This document shows, one piece after another, positions 32,469 to 45,306 of a DNA stretch of 64,000 nt. The notes below the pieces were generated by a model that saw nothing but the letters and a program-made list of their open reading frames with translations, did not search any database and was not told where the DNA came from. A program made the position numbers and the translations under genes. This DNA is from Pseudovirgaria hyperparasitica (taxonomy: Eukaryota), in the NCBI GenBank assembly GCA_010093815.1, contig ML996568.1. One strand, 5' to 3'. Position 1 is the stretch's first letter. Each line of letters opens with the position of its first letter.

Positions 32469-33116
32469 AAATGGAAATGTTGGTGATGATTGGGTATGAG
32501 CTCGCGATTTCTTTTGCATGGCCTCGGCGCTGTTGGATGTGGGATGATACCTCGATTTTTTTATATGGTGGGTTCATAAGGCCATTATACTATATACCTG
32601 TTCCATAATCTGTTTTATGATCAGTCGATCCGCCGTCGACTTAATGTTTTTATGATACAAAACCATGACACAGCCCCCAAGCTCGTCTAATCTCTTTACC
32701 CTGTATCGACACAGGAACAGAACGCCAAGGCCTAGATGCGGAACGAGCCCGTCTTCTACCATCCTAGTGTCATATAAGTGCTGTTGGTGGTGTTTATAGA
32801 AAATGGGCGCTATTCTAGTTCTCCCTGAAGGTCCCTTTCCATTCTACCCCGCCTGTCTTATCTGCCGGGTGCCGATCAACAATCGACCATATCGAAATCC
32901 ATATGATACGAAAGCAATCTTCTCTGGTCGACGTTCGGGATATTTCCGTCCAACAGCATAGGAGCCCGGAAGCGGAAGCGTCCCTCATCTCTCCTCGGCT
33001 GAGTGGAAGAATGCAATGAATAACTAGTCGAGGAGGAGTCGCACCTTGTTGATTGTTGATTGTTCTTGCTACAAACACCAGTGATCACATCGTCTCTAGT
33101 CCATATACTGTCAACC

Positions 33117-34243
33117 ATGTCAAAGAACGTAAAGGTCGCCATCACACAGCATGAGCCGGTATGGTTGGACCTTCAAGGCACAGTTGCGAAGACGTGCGCG
33201 CTCATCAAAGAAGCCGCTGCCGGAGGCGCCAAACTTATAGGTACCCATATCTCAACTTAAGCTATCTGCTTCAGACGTCTAACAGCATGCAGCGTTCCCG
33301 GAGATGTGGGTTCCTGGATACCCAGCTTGGATCTGGTATGTCACGTGGCCATCTCAAATATCATACACTCACCCATATCCATGGCTAACAGGCTTGACAG
33401 GTCGCGCCCGGTCGACTTCGAGCTCGGCACGCGCTACGTCGATAATTCCCTGACTGTAGACAGCGCCGAGATGCGCAAGATTTGCAGCGCTGCACAGGAG
33501 AATGCCATCAGTGTCGCCCTAGGCTTTTCCGAAAGAGACGGTGATTCGCTATACATCTCCCAGGCGCTGATCTCCGAGGAGGGCAAGATCACCTCGAAAA
33601 GACGCAAGATGAAGCCGACGCATATGGAGCGTACTATCTTTGGTGATGCGACGACGGATTGCTTAAGTGACGTTGTTGATACGAAGGACGTGGGGAAGGT
33701 GGGATGTCTGTCGTGCTGGGAGCACATCCAGCCGCTGCTCAAGTACCATATGATTGCACAGAAGGAACAGATTCATGTTGCGGCGTGGCCGCCGCTAGAT
33801 GGCTTCGTTGATGGCTCGCCAGGGTTTTACTCCATGAGTGCTGAAGGTAAGAGCCCGTGTTCCCCCTTGGATTGAATCTTCAATCTCACCATCTAGGATG
33901 CCTCAATCTCTCCCAAAGCTACGCCATGGAATCGCAAGCCTTCGTCCTACATTGCACGTCCGCGCTGAGCGAGAAGGGGACTGAGCTTATGGGAACAAAG
34001 GGTGCTCCCATCATGGGCACCGCGATTGCAGGCAGCTCGGCGTTGATTGGACCTGATGGGCGTGTTCTGTCTGCGCCGAATTCTGAGCCGGAGACGCTCC
34101 TCTTTGCGGAGATTGATCTTGGGTTGGTTACGAAGACGAAGACGTTGGCAGATGCGTCGGGACATTACAGTCGGCCAGATTTGCTTTGGCTTGGTGTTGA
34201 TGTCGGGCCTAAGAAGATTGTGAGATCGACAAAGACGACGTGA
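33117..34243 (+). CDS. Nitrilase (carbon-nitrogen hydrolase superfamily), ~319 aa; exons 33117-33240, 33293-33335, 33401-33846, 33897-34243
   Basis: Catalytic triad motifs [11 protein letters not shown] (Glu), [11 protein letters not shown] (Lys), LSCWEH (Cys); C-terminal [12 protein letters not shown]. Three GT-AG introns restore frame. Confidence 0.92.
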
Positions 34244-34753
34244 GGACAGGTTTTTTGTTTTGTTTTTTGAGGACGTGGCTTTTTTCTGTAGCGATTATAT
34301 ATGGTCTTATGATTAGAGAGAAAGACGTTGATATGTTCATTACAGTCTTGTATCATTTTCCGACGGCCGAGGTACCCCTGCTGTATCCTAACCGCTTTTG
34401 TTGTAGCTCGTCGTGTTCGCCACTCACTTGAACGCCAGAGGCAGAGGTGCTTGGCCTTTAGAGTCTAGAACGCGAACACTTCTCGGTGCGTATGGCCCCT
34501 GTTATCTTATTGATGCAGAATATGGCTCTCGATTATGGATCAAATGACAGAAGAAGTTCAGACGTGTCCCCACGTCAAAGTATGCGGCATGCGACTGACA
34601 TGAACTGACAGAAAGTCATTTCACTGTCGTTATCGAATCTTCCACAATATCCGCCTCTCGAACCCACGGATCTCTGCCTCGATACCCCTCCCAATTGCTG
34701 ATCGTCATGCATGGCTGAAAGGTTGTGCCCATCATTGCTTGTTGAACTCTGCC

Positions 34754-37750
34754 ATGGTCACAGAAGTAGAGCCTACGCGACTGGCCCCTCGCGTTCAATT
34801 CGTTCCAAGCGCAGAAACTCGCCTCCCTTTGCCGAGACAAGACTCCCCACCTCAGCGTCCTGCAGATGTAGGGCCGATCCTCGACCCTGACAACTACAAT
34901 CTACCTCTTGATTCTTGGACTGAAGACTATCACTTCAAGTATTACCCGGAGAAAGAGCACAAGAATGCACCTTCACCTGAGCCACAAAGTCCTCCTGAGT
35001 TCAAAGATGCATATCTCTCGCCAGTCCTTGCCCGGAATGAGAGACTGCGTCTGACCATATTATGGTACTACACTCGAGGACTTGAGGGTGATAAGGATTT
35101 GTTATTGAGGATCCAAGAAAAAGTCCGCCTGGTCAGAGAGATCATAGGCTGGGAGTTTGCATTGACAGGGCTTCTTGACAACGATGTGTACACCCGGATT
35201 GCTGCCGTTGGGCTACCACTTGCTATACTCCCGCGCAGAGAGAGCACATGTGCGCACACCATTAATCAAGACGGACTGTTTATGCTTACGAATATGGACG
35301 AGGACTGGCGCTTTCAGAAGTCTCCGCATGTCCAGATAGGAGGCCTTCGTTCGTATGCTGGATGTGCTCTCAAGATCGAGACTGAGTTCGGCGAGAAAGT
35401 TGCACTGGGGTCGCTGTGCGTGGCCTCTAATACTCCACAAGCACCTTTGTCACCTACCAAACAGGCGGCACTGGACAGCTTTGCTGATATGATTACGGCG
35501 GAGCTCGTTCACGCTGCGAAACTACGACGGCAGCGAGACCGTCATCATATGTCTGATCTGATTGCAAGGCTAGAAGGGAAACTGTTTCTTAACTGCGATG
35601 CTGAAACGCTCGTGTTAGATACCTTGAGGGAGAAATACCCTCACGCAGTCGTGAGCCTGCAGCAGTCTGGATCCGATCAGGTTGCATTGTCTGGTCGCGA
35701 TGCCATACCGTACACCGACGTCGTGGACGGGGTTTATGAAGATACAGAATACCTGGAGTCGATTATTGCAACCTCAAACCACACATCTCTTTCAAGCCAA
35801 AGAACAGTCCGAGCAATCGTACGGAAGTGTCAGCAATTCCAGACTCCAACATACATGATCGTGGCCTCGAATGATGTTCAATTCGTTTTCGATGATGTCG
35901 ACTCTGGGTTCGTGGAGCGATGTGCGCTTGCTTTCAGTACGTATCGACAGGAACAAGATCTTAACAAGGCACTGAAAGCAAAGGATATATTCCTCCGTGG
36001 CATCACACACCAGCTGAGAACACCAATTCATGGCGTCCTTGGGTCTGTAGAGCTTCTGGCTGAAGAATTGAAGGCGCGCAAACTTTTGAGTGATCAAATT
36101 GAGCAATTGCAAGCGCCATTGCAGGAGTTCGATGCTTCTCCGTTCATTCGTACCATCAAGTCCTCCGGCCGTGACCTAATGACTATCGTCGATAGCATGC
36201 TCAAACTAAACCGATGGGACGATGTGAGTCACAAACCGACGGTGGTCAGTCTTTCAGAGCTCCGAGAGATGGAAGTAGCCATCCTGTCGGACATCGCCCA
36301 AACTTTTCAAGAGGAGGCTATGACCGGCAAATGCGTCTTCTATCTTAACCAACTTCAACAACAATGTGCTACTTTGACTATAGATCTTGTGTTACTTAAA
36401 GACTGCCTACAACATCTGGTCATGAACGCGATACAGAACACTCAGAGCGGACTGATCAATGTCACCATATCGTCCTCTCCTGACTGTCAAAGTCTCATTG
36501 TCGATGTCGAAGATACTGGCTGTGGCATTCCCCAACAAGACCACACTAGAATCTTCGAGCCTTACGAGAAGATCGACCCTCACAGCAAAGGTATCGGCCT
36601 TGGCTTGACTCTTGCTTCGAAACTTGCAAATCTTATGGACGGTACCGTAAGTCTTGTGCAGTCAACAGTAGGCAAAGGCTCGCATTTCCGCATGCATTTC
36701 CGAAATCCTCGATTCGCCCCTGAAGTAAATCAGAATACGCCTCTCATCCGAACGCTTCGACATCTCCCCTCCGTCTATTCCCTACACTCTTCTTCAGGTG
36801 TTGTTAGCCAGCTTTCAGATCACTTTGCTCAGTATCTGCGAAGCAGAGGACTCGAGCATTCTACCAAGTCTAACGACTCATTGGCTATCATAGATTATAC
36901 CGAGGACGCCGACAGCTTTGAATCGATTGTCAAGTCTCTCGATCCGATGCAGGTCGCAGTGTGTCTTGTACCATCTGGGAGAAGATATGAACACCTGGAA
37001 CGTATACCCGACGCACGAAGGGTCGTCATACTAAGAGGCCCATATACGTCCAACCAACTGGACTGCACGCTATCCAATGTAGACTCCCTCCTCGCTCCGC
37101 CCTTGGAAACACAAAACGAGACAGTCGTCGAGGGACAGACCGATACTCAAAGAGTGGTGATCACGACCCCATCCTCCGTCGTCTGCTTACAAGAAGAGCA
37201 TAAACCTCCTCCCGCACAGCACATCAATAGCCCAAACGCCATCACCGAAGTCACCATACAGGCCACCATCAACATCCGCTCCACTCCCCCCTCTTTCAGC
37301 CCTCCTCTTTCACCCCGAGAAACAGCTGAAGCCCCCTTTGCCCTCCTCGTCGACGACAACAGCGTCAATCTGCAGATCATATCCATGTATTGCAAAAAGC
37401 GCAAGATCCCCTACGTCACCGCAATCAACGGCGAAAAAGCCGTCGCCGCATTCTCAAATCCACGTCTCCCATCGCCGTATCAACATCGACGCGTCAACCT
37501 GATCTTGATGGACCTGCAAATGCCTGTCAAGGACGGCATCGACGCAACACGCGAGATCCGTGCTCTTGAGAAACAGCTTGGATTGCCGAGAAGCGTCGTT
37601 CTTATGGTCACGGGCCAGGATAGTCCCGTGGACAGGGTGCGCTCTGCTGAAGCGGGTGCGGACGGGTTCTTTGTCAAACCTGTTGCTATGAAGGCCTTGG
37701 ATCAGGGTATAAAAGGCCATTTCCCAGAATTTGGTGGTGCGGGCGTGTGA
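34754..37750 (+). CDS. Hybrid sensor histidine kinase (GAF - HisKA - HATPase_c - receiver), ~998 aa, intronless
   Basis: GAF (RESTCAHTI...DWRFQKSPHV...LRSYAG); H-box GITHQLRTPIHG; N box LVMNAIQNT; G1 DTGCGIP; F IFEPY; G2 GIGLGL; receiver LLVDDN...LMDLQMPVKDG...VTG...VKP. Confidence 0.92.
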   Translation: MVTEVEPTRLAPRVQFVPSAETRLPLPRQDSPPQRPADVGPILDPDNYNLPLDSWTEDYHFKYYPEKEHKNAPSPEPQSPPEFKDAYLSPVLARNERLRLTILWYYTRGLEGDKDLLLRIQEKVRLVREIIGWEFALTGLLDNDVYTRIAAVGLPLAILPRRESTCAHTINQDGLFMLTNMDEDWRFQKSPHVQIGGLRSYAGCALKIETEFGEKVALGSLCVASNTPQAPLSPTKQAALDSFADMITAELVHAAKLRRQRDRHHMSDLIARLEGKLFLNCDAETLVLDTLREKYPHAVVSLQQSGSDQVALSGRDAIPYTDVVDGVYEDTEYLESIIATSNHTSLSSQRTVRAIVRKCQQFQTPTYMIVASNDVQFVFDDVDSGFVERCALAFSTYRQEQDLNKALKAKDIFLRGITHQLRTPIHGVLGSVELLAEELKARKLLSDQIEQLQAPLQEFDASPFIRTIKSSGRDLMTIVDSMLKLNRWDDVSHKPTVVSLSELREMEVAILSDIAQTFQEEAMTGKCVFYLNQLQQQCATLTIDLVLLKDCLQHLVMNAIQNTQSGLINVTISSSPDCQSLIVDVEDTGCGIPQQDHTRIFEPYEKIDPHSKGIGLGLTLASKLANLMDGTVSLVQSTVGKGSHFRMHFRNPRFAPEVNQNTPLIRTLRHLPSVYSLHSSSGVVSQLSDHFAQYLRSRGLEHSTKSNDSLAIIDYTEDADSFESIVKSLDPMQVAVCLVPSGRRYEHLERIPDARRVVILRGPYTSNQLDCTLSNVDSLLAPPLETQNETVVEGQTDTQRVVITTPSSVVCLQEEHKPPPAQHINSPNAITEVTIQATINIRSTPPSFSPPLSPRETAEAPFALLVDDNSVNLQIISMYCKKRKIPYVTAINGEKAVAAFSNPRLPSPYQHRRVNLILMDLQMPVKDGIDATREIRALEKQLGLPRSVVLMVTGQDSPVDRVRSAEAGADGFFVKPVAMKALDQGIKGHFPEFGGAGV

Positions 37751-38527
37751 TGGTTAGGGAGCAAGGTATAGAGACGCGTACTAGACGAGTGCGTTATACC
37801 CGTCTCATTGTTTGGCATTGGCGCGGCTTCTTGATCGTATTCTGTTTATTCATGCATAGCGTGGTGCTTGGCGTATATGTTGAGAACTGTAGTATGTTGC
37901 TTGAGGCTGTAATCTCGATTCATCTATACTTGTCATGTGGACGGAGTTCACAAGCTCTCGATAGACCTTTCAAAAAAGGTGGTGGATTAATAGTGCTATC
38001 CTCGTCATCGCTCTACACTTTCTTACTACTCTACTTTTCCACAGTAAATAGTGCATATACCCATTTTCTTCTCTATCGTACTGGCGTATTGCTGCTACAT
38101 GCACAGCGAATTCAAGCAGACTCATAAGCTCGAGACGTGTAGATTTTTGCTTCATTGGCACACCAGTATCATCATACTTTCTGCCCGAACCAGGCAGCTG
38201 CTATCATGTCTGTCCGTCGAGAGGAGATATACCGCAGAGCAGAAAAGACTCGCACGGGAAGTTTCATGTCGATGGAATGTACACAAGACCCAACAAGCCG
38301 TCGATAAGGCAGCAGTTGTAGAGTAGATTTGAAATGCGAAACTCGCGAGACCAGAGGGGGAGCAATCATACACCATAACCCAAACGTGATATATACCCAC
38401 ACCCCCAACGCAAGCGTAAAAGGACCCCACAAAACGCCCTTGCAAAGCAGGCTTAAAGTGAAAAGCACACCGAACGATGCCTCGACACGAAACAAAGTAT
38501 GCCTTGCAATCACCATCATCATCATCA

Positions 38528-39879
38528 TCACTCCCAATCGTCCTCGTCGCTTTCCTCGGCGACAACCTCTGTCTTCGTTTCCTTGGGACTGCCGTGCGCT
38601 CGACTTGTTGCACCGCTGACGACGTCGTACGAGGCGTCGCTGTCGGCTTGGGAGTGTTGATCACCGGATTTTCTGGGCTCGCTGGGCTTGAGAAGGGTGT
38701 TGTCTTTTTCGTCTGTGCGGAGGGTCTCTTTGGAGGCGGACAGGGGTTGGGTTTTGTTTGGGGTGGAGGATTCGTTGTCGTTGTCGTCGTCGTCTGAGTC
38801 TTCGTCCCATGCGACGTCTTCGTCTGGGGTGTTGGCTGAGGCTACGGAGGGTTAGTCAAGTGACGGTGAGCGTCAGGCATATGTGTGGATGAGGCATACC
38901 TTTGAGCATCTCTTTCCGTCTCTGCTCCTCGCTCTCAATGACGTGTCGCAGGAAGTAGTAGCGCGTCCAGAATTCGGAGTATTCGACCTTTTCCGGGACA
39001 AGCTTCTCCATTGCCCTTCTCAGGTCCTCGTATTTCTCCAGGTCCTTCGAGATCGTTTCGGTGTGCGCCTTGATATCGAATGTCTCGCCCCAAGGCACCC
39101 ATTGCGGACTGACTGGGTCTTTCAGAAAGCTGTCGAGACTCGAGTGTATGACGTGAAGTTGTGCGTCGAAGCGAGTGGTATGGATGACGCGTCGGCCCTC
39201 TGCATCTTTGCTTTCAAATAGAACCTTCGAGTTGTCCGCTCCTTCGGACGTGTCTGGCGGCGCGACGACGACTGCTTCGCGGAGGTAATTCCGGATATTG
39301 CTCCCGAATTTCAGGAGGGCTTCGTCTGCGGCATCTTCGGCCTTTTCAATGTCTTTCAGTCGCTTTTGCGCCTCACTCCGGAATCGCGATAGTAAGCCGC
39401 CGGCCTCCTTGAGAATATCAGCCGGTAGAGAGTCTGGTCTGGCTGGGTGTGTCTCTAATGCCTCCTTTTGTTTCTGTGGCGCCGCCGGACTCGCTGCGGA
39501 CTCGCCGTCGGCAGGTTGCTGGATTGATAGTCCTCGAGTTCGGCCGATGATTGATGTGAGGCCTTGCGTGGCCTGTTCACTCGCGGTGGAGTACTGCTTT
39601 TGGGCGCCCTCGTAGTATTGTTCACCCTGTTTTGGGAAGGTTAGACGATGATGATAGAGCGCAATTATGGATGGCAGCACATACCTGCTTCTTCACGTTT
39701 CCCCACAGCCCGCCTAGTCGTGCTGCCCAAGGACTGCTAGATATGGCCTTGTAGGCTTCCTGGACATCGTTATTGAACGTGCCAGGCGGTGGCCCCACTG
39801 CAGCGGTCGTCGAATCTCCCTGCTGTTCTTGATCGTCGGGAAAAGACTCCTTCTGGACACTATCGTATGCTACGTCCAT
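38528..39879 (-). CDS. BSD domain-containing protein (Dos2-like), ~411 aa; exons 39879-39685, 39626-38900, 38841-38528
   Basis: [36 protein letters not shown] (BSD FW motif); acidic C-terminus ending DEDDWE*. Two GTATG-AG introns in frame. Confidence 0.88.
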
Positions 39880-40196
39880 CTTGTTTCGCTTCAAAGAATG
39901 TCGAATAATATGGCTATGCCCTCGGAAGGTGTGCACATAGGTAGAGTAGGGAGTGGAGTCTTGTTGACAAGGATTGAAGCCGTTGCTCTCCCGAGGCGTA
40001 TGCGGGACCCTGAGCCAACGCACCAATCAGCGCGGACCAATGACGCTGCTAACAAGAAGGTAGCGCGAACTCGGGACATTTTACCACATTCAGCATTTAT
40101 GGATCTCAAACGTAACTCGAGCAAACTTTGTGTTATATTAGTGTTCAATCTGCATCTGTTGTTCAACTAGTTGTATCATCGAATTCTCTTTGCATC

Positions 40197-41326
40197 ATGC
40201 CAGATAACCATGTTGATCGTGACGGTCTGCTCGATCGCCAGATACCAGAGATGATACTCTCGGATGGTGCAGCATCGTCTTTGACAGCTCCTCCTCCTCC
40301 CATTCCACATTACTTGAGTGCTGCAGGACGAGCACAGTATCGTTTTGCAGTCGAAGGCAATGCCATCAGTATGTGAAATGCATATGGTAAAGCCGCAAAG
40401 ACTTTGACGGTTCGCGTCAATCTAATGCTATCTTGCAGTTACCGGAGGTGCAGGAACATTAGCTCTTGAGGCTGCTCGGGCTCTATGCGAGCATGGTCTG
40501 GCGGGTCTAGCCCTGTTTGATATAAACCCAACGCAGTCTCAAGATCACATTGACAAGCTGAAGGAAGATTTTCCGTCTGTCAAGATTATGACCAAGTCTG
40601 TCAATGTCACGGTTGTAGATGAGATTAGTGCTGCCGTAGCAGACGTTAGACAGACTTTGGGCAGTGTCGATATTTTGTGCTGCTTTGCTGGTGTTGTAGG
40701 ATGTACACATGCCATGGATATGAGTCCGGAGGAGTGGCGGCGTACCATTGATATCAACTCAACGGGCTCGTTTCTCTCTGCTCAAGCTGTTGCAAGGTAA
40801 AGTACAATACATACCTTTGGGGTCATACATATTGACAAGTCAGGGTCATGCAGGACCAAGGCACAGGAGGAGTGATTGTGTTCATCGCATGTTGGTTCCT
40901 CTGTCTCCTTTTTTCCATGTATGCATACTGACTTTGCCAAGCTATGTCCGGCCACAGAGTGAACTATCCTCAGCCGCAGAGCGCTTACAATGTTTCGAAA
41001 GCATCTCTTATCCACTTGAAGTCATGTCTTGCGGCAGAGTGGGCGCGTTACGGCATTCGGGTCAACTCCATCTCTCCTGGCTATATGGACACGATCTTAA
41101 ACGAAGGCCCCGGACTGGAAGAGGCTCGGAAGATATGGGCTGAAAGAAATCCTATGGGCAGGATGGGATCTCCTCAGGAGCTTTGCGGACCTTTGGTATT
41201 GCTATGCTCCAATGCTGGGACATATATCAACGGAACTGATTTGCTTGTCGATGGTAAAATGGCCCAGCAGATTCAACTATACATGTCGACTAACGTGGTA
41301 CTACAGGTGGTCAGACCGTATTCTGA
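40197..41326 (+). CDS. Short-chain dehydrogenase/reductase (D-arabinitol 2-dehydrogenase / sorbose reductase-like), ~302 aa; exons 40197-40368, 40439-40796, 40844-40890, 40942-41253, 41307-41326
   Basis: ITGGAGTLA cofactor loop; IASMSGHRVNYPQPQSAYNVSK (S...YxxxK); RVNSISPGYMDT; LLVDGG. Four GT-AG introns keep frame. Confidence 0.88.
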
Positions 41327-43184
41327 GAAGCACGTCTGGGTTTGTTAGATCGCAGGTTCCTACATTACTCAAGATTGTACCTTACATAGCTTTCAGAGTT
41401 CCACACAAAATAGACAGTCGAATTTAAGATACAGACCGACGCCGACCTGAATGTTGGGTAGTGCCGCTCATGGCCTTCAACGGTTGCTCTCCTTTCGTAT
41501 CACCTGCTACGTAAGTAGTAGGGAATGTGCTTTCGACAGAGATATCCGGTCCGGTAGTAGACTCTGCCGTCGACCCATTCATGGATATCATGGGGTCGCT
41601 TGTTTGAATCAAGGCCATCTTAAGCTCTTATTCCGGACTGTAGATAGCTGAAATGTCTTTCTCAGGTGGTAACTCCTAATATCGATGGGATAAGCCATGT
41701 GGTACATCTACCACGTGCCTCTCTTGACTAGAATCAGCATATTTTGGATTGCGGCGGGAAACCATTCGCAGCATCCTGATCCACAACTTGATCCTCTATC
41801 GCCACCAGCGGTAGAAGTTATGGATTATGCTTATAATCTGGCTAAAGTTTTTACTTGCATCGAAGAGAACGCGAAGACATTGCGCCATTTGCAACGGTAG
41901 ACTACGGAGGCGAAACAGCTATGACCTGTGTAAGTCGTGATGAAGAAGAGACACGAATGGTAATATGAGATCGACAGTAAATCAGTCCAGATGACCAGAT
42001 CTTGACACCAGAAAGAAAGACGACATGTTCAATCAAACACTATGAAACAACGCCACGAGAACTTAGCCAGAGGAACCAGCATAAAGTTTCAATGCATAAT
42101 ATCCGCTATACGAAAGGAACAGTCCTTTTCTGGACTAGGAGAGGATCATCGACATAGAATAGCTAACAGACCCTCCAAGAGCTTTCGGTCTCAAAAGACA
42201 AAAATCACCGGAACCTAACGAGCAGAACCCACGCTTTTCATAACACACACATCTCAACACCAGTCGACAAAATCGGTGTCCTAGTCAAGCCCAGATCCTA
42301 CATTGCTAAATATAGAAGCCGGGGAATCCTCCACCACCCGCTACGGCGCTACCGAAGCGATATATTATGATGTAGATGTACATACAAATGCCCCCTACCG
42401 ATCCTTCGTCGCACGACGCGCCACACCAGCCCCAGTGTAGTTGCGATACTCTGAAACCAGACCTCGAAAGAGATCCTGAAACATGCGTGAACTCCGATAC
42501 AATCCCGTCCCGTCCGTCTCGCCAATCTTCGCTTCTGTCAGCCCCTTTACCGTGGTGATACGCACGCAGCACGCGATAATAACAAATACTCATAAACCAT
42601 AATAATCACTTCCCTAAATCTCCTTCTCCTCCTTCTCCTCCACAAAACAATGGTACATACAATTACAGATTCCATATCCCGGTCGAGTCTAACCCAAAAA
42701 AAGTCCCCACACGCGGTCTGAAATCCGAACCTAAAAATCTGGGTCTAAATCTCCCGGCCCCACCCTACGTACCGTAACTCACTCACTAACTCCCTCCCTC
42801 CTTCCATCCCTCACGCACAGCAACTCACAGACAGCATCATCATCAAACCTCTCCTATCCTCTCATCCCTCTATCCACAATGCCATCCATCCATCCACGAC
42901 ATCCCCACCGCCCCGCCAAAGACCCACGTAAACAACCAAAGAAACACTCTTTTTTTTCCTTTCCCAACGGAGAACGGAGAAAGCCGGGCGGGAACATGCA
43001 TGCATACGTAACCACTCGATCGGGTCCTCAGGGGAGAGGAGAGGAGAGAGAGGAGTGGAGGAGTTACAGCAATATATATCCTTTTTTTTTCTTCTCTCAA
43101 TGCTCGTGGTTTGCTAGATTGTCGCATGCATGCTCCTTTTGTCGCGTTTCGGATAATTGTGCTAATTATATGCCGTGCCGTATG

Positions 43185-43651
43185 CTACATACATACATAC
43201 ATACATACATACATGCGTACATGCTCAGCCGCAGAATACCCGGCATGATGATGAGAACAACAATAACAATAACAACAATATTAATTGACCATGCACTATA
43301 ACCTCCAAACACCCTCAACACACACAAAACCCACACACGCCGCAAAACACACATATCTACCTCCCTCCCTCCCCCCGCGCACATGCCCAGCAGCCTCTCA
43401 ACCTCGTATCCAGCCACAGCCATATTCCAAGTCCCCCATCCAGCGTAGCGCAGTGGGGCTCCCTCCCCCCCCCACCCGCCGGGACTTTTCTACGTTCGTG
43501 GCTTCTGGTGGATGTGGTTGTGGCTTCTAGTGGCTTGCTACGTAGATCGGAGTGTGGGTGTTAGACCTTAGGGCTGAAAGAAGGGAAGAAAAACGAAAGA
43601 AGAATAATGTGCATGTATGCATGTATGCATGCATGGTCTGGCTAGAAGAGG

Positions 43652-43684
<33 letters not shown>

Positions 43685-44145
43685 TCAAGCGAGAAACGAA
43701 CAGGGGGGACTGCCTGGGGTGTTGGGTTAGCTAGGGAAGGGGTTAGAAGTCGTGCGAGGGCATGGAGGTACAGTATGTACTGTTGTATGTAGGCGTGAGG
43801 CGTTGGCTTGTGTATTCATGGGTCGTGGTGTGTGTGTGCGTTGTGTGGGTGATACAATCGGCATCCATCTCATCTGTGAGATCTTAGATTCTGTGTGACG
43901 GACGGGCATCCATGACTCGTGTTTGCTCGTGTTGTGCCCTTGTTTTAGGACTTTTAGGTTTCGTGTTTTGCTTTTGCTTTTTTTTTCTCGCCGCGTGCCT
44001 GCCGTTCGTGGATCTGGATCTGGATCTGAATCTGAATCTGGCATTTTGTACGAGAATTGTGGGGTTTTTTCTCGTGTGTGTTGATGATGATGATGCTGCT
44101 GCTGTCTGTTCATGATGATGATGATGACGATGACGACAATGATGA
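43185..44145. repeat. Cluster of simple-sequence repeats: (TACA)n ~43186-43213, (GAGAGT)n ~43653-43684, (GATCTG/AATCTG)n ~44011-44040, (GAT)n ~44083-44145
   Basis: Direct reading of tandem repeats in a gene-free interval. Confidence 0.8.
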
Positions 44146-45306
44146 ACAAGTAAACCACAACACTCGAGTATCCATGGCGAAAATAGGACAATCCGTAGTT
44201 AAAACGTCAGCTTTCAGTCGGTCGAGCTAAGCAATCCACCCAGCAATCCCCCATTGGCTACCAACACAAGCAGTATAATCCCTCTGAGAGGAAGCGAAAA
44301 ATAGCCAGCTTAGACGGTAGGGCTATTATTGCCTGCCAGCCTTACGGCCGTATATCAATCCTGCCCTGCCCTGCCAACAACATCCATCCAGGATCCATCC
44401 AGCATCATCATCATCAAAAAGCCGCCCCATGAATGATCACCCAGGTCCCCGCACGTGCTTTGCTGACGCTCTAATACCGCTCTATTACCGCCTTACCGCC
44501 CCCAATTCCCCAATCCCAATCATGACGGCTGCAGTCATTGGTAATTAATGCTCTTTGCCGGTTTGACAAGGCGCCGTTTCTTCCTCCTCCCGCTCAGGTA
44601 TGTGTCTGTGTGCATGCGTGTGCGGTTGTCGGTCGGTTGTCCCACAAACCACCAAAAGGGCTGTGATTGCTGGAAGACCTGTTTTGAGTAATTGGACAGT
44701 GGGGATTGGTGCTGACCTTGCACGTGCATAATAATGATGATGCCTTGCCTTGCTGTGTAGCTAAATGACGCAGTTGGCAGGGAAGATAGCAAATGTCACC
44801 CGATCGTAGTGTAGTGTACTGGTGAAAGAGTACTAGTACTAGTATTGAGTCTGTAAAGTAAGATTATACAATTCTTTGTGGGCCTGGGCCTGCCTGGGTG
44901 CTATGGTATAGTTGTATGACTTCTGAGCTACATGTACGCAAGTCGCTTGCGCCGGTGGGGTATATATCGAACCATGCGCCGCCATCATCCTGCATGCCGT
45001 GAGACAATTGGCCTATTATAAAATAAAATAAAAGAGATGAGCTGAGCAGTACGGCGCGCAAGGACAACGGTAACGAAGCTTGCCGACGCATGTTTCCAAT
45101 ATACAATCGCCATGAACGCCCCGCTTTGGATATAATAAACAGTGATAGGCTCCGTTCGTAAAGCCGCCGATGATCAACATGGTGTGCTGATGCTGGCGCG
45201 CGTGTCTCTTTCGATCGTAGAATGCATGATCCCGCTCGTGTGCAAATGCTGTCAGGAAATCGTTTACTGGCGTTCCAGGTACTGAGCAACAGCAACTACA
45301 ATCCCC

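Noticed and set aside
43720..43750. GGTTAG motifs suggesting telomeric repeat or telomerase RNA template
   Set aside because: No tandem TTAGGG array and no full TAACCCTAA template.
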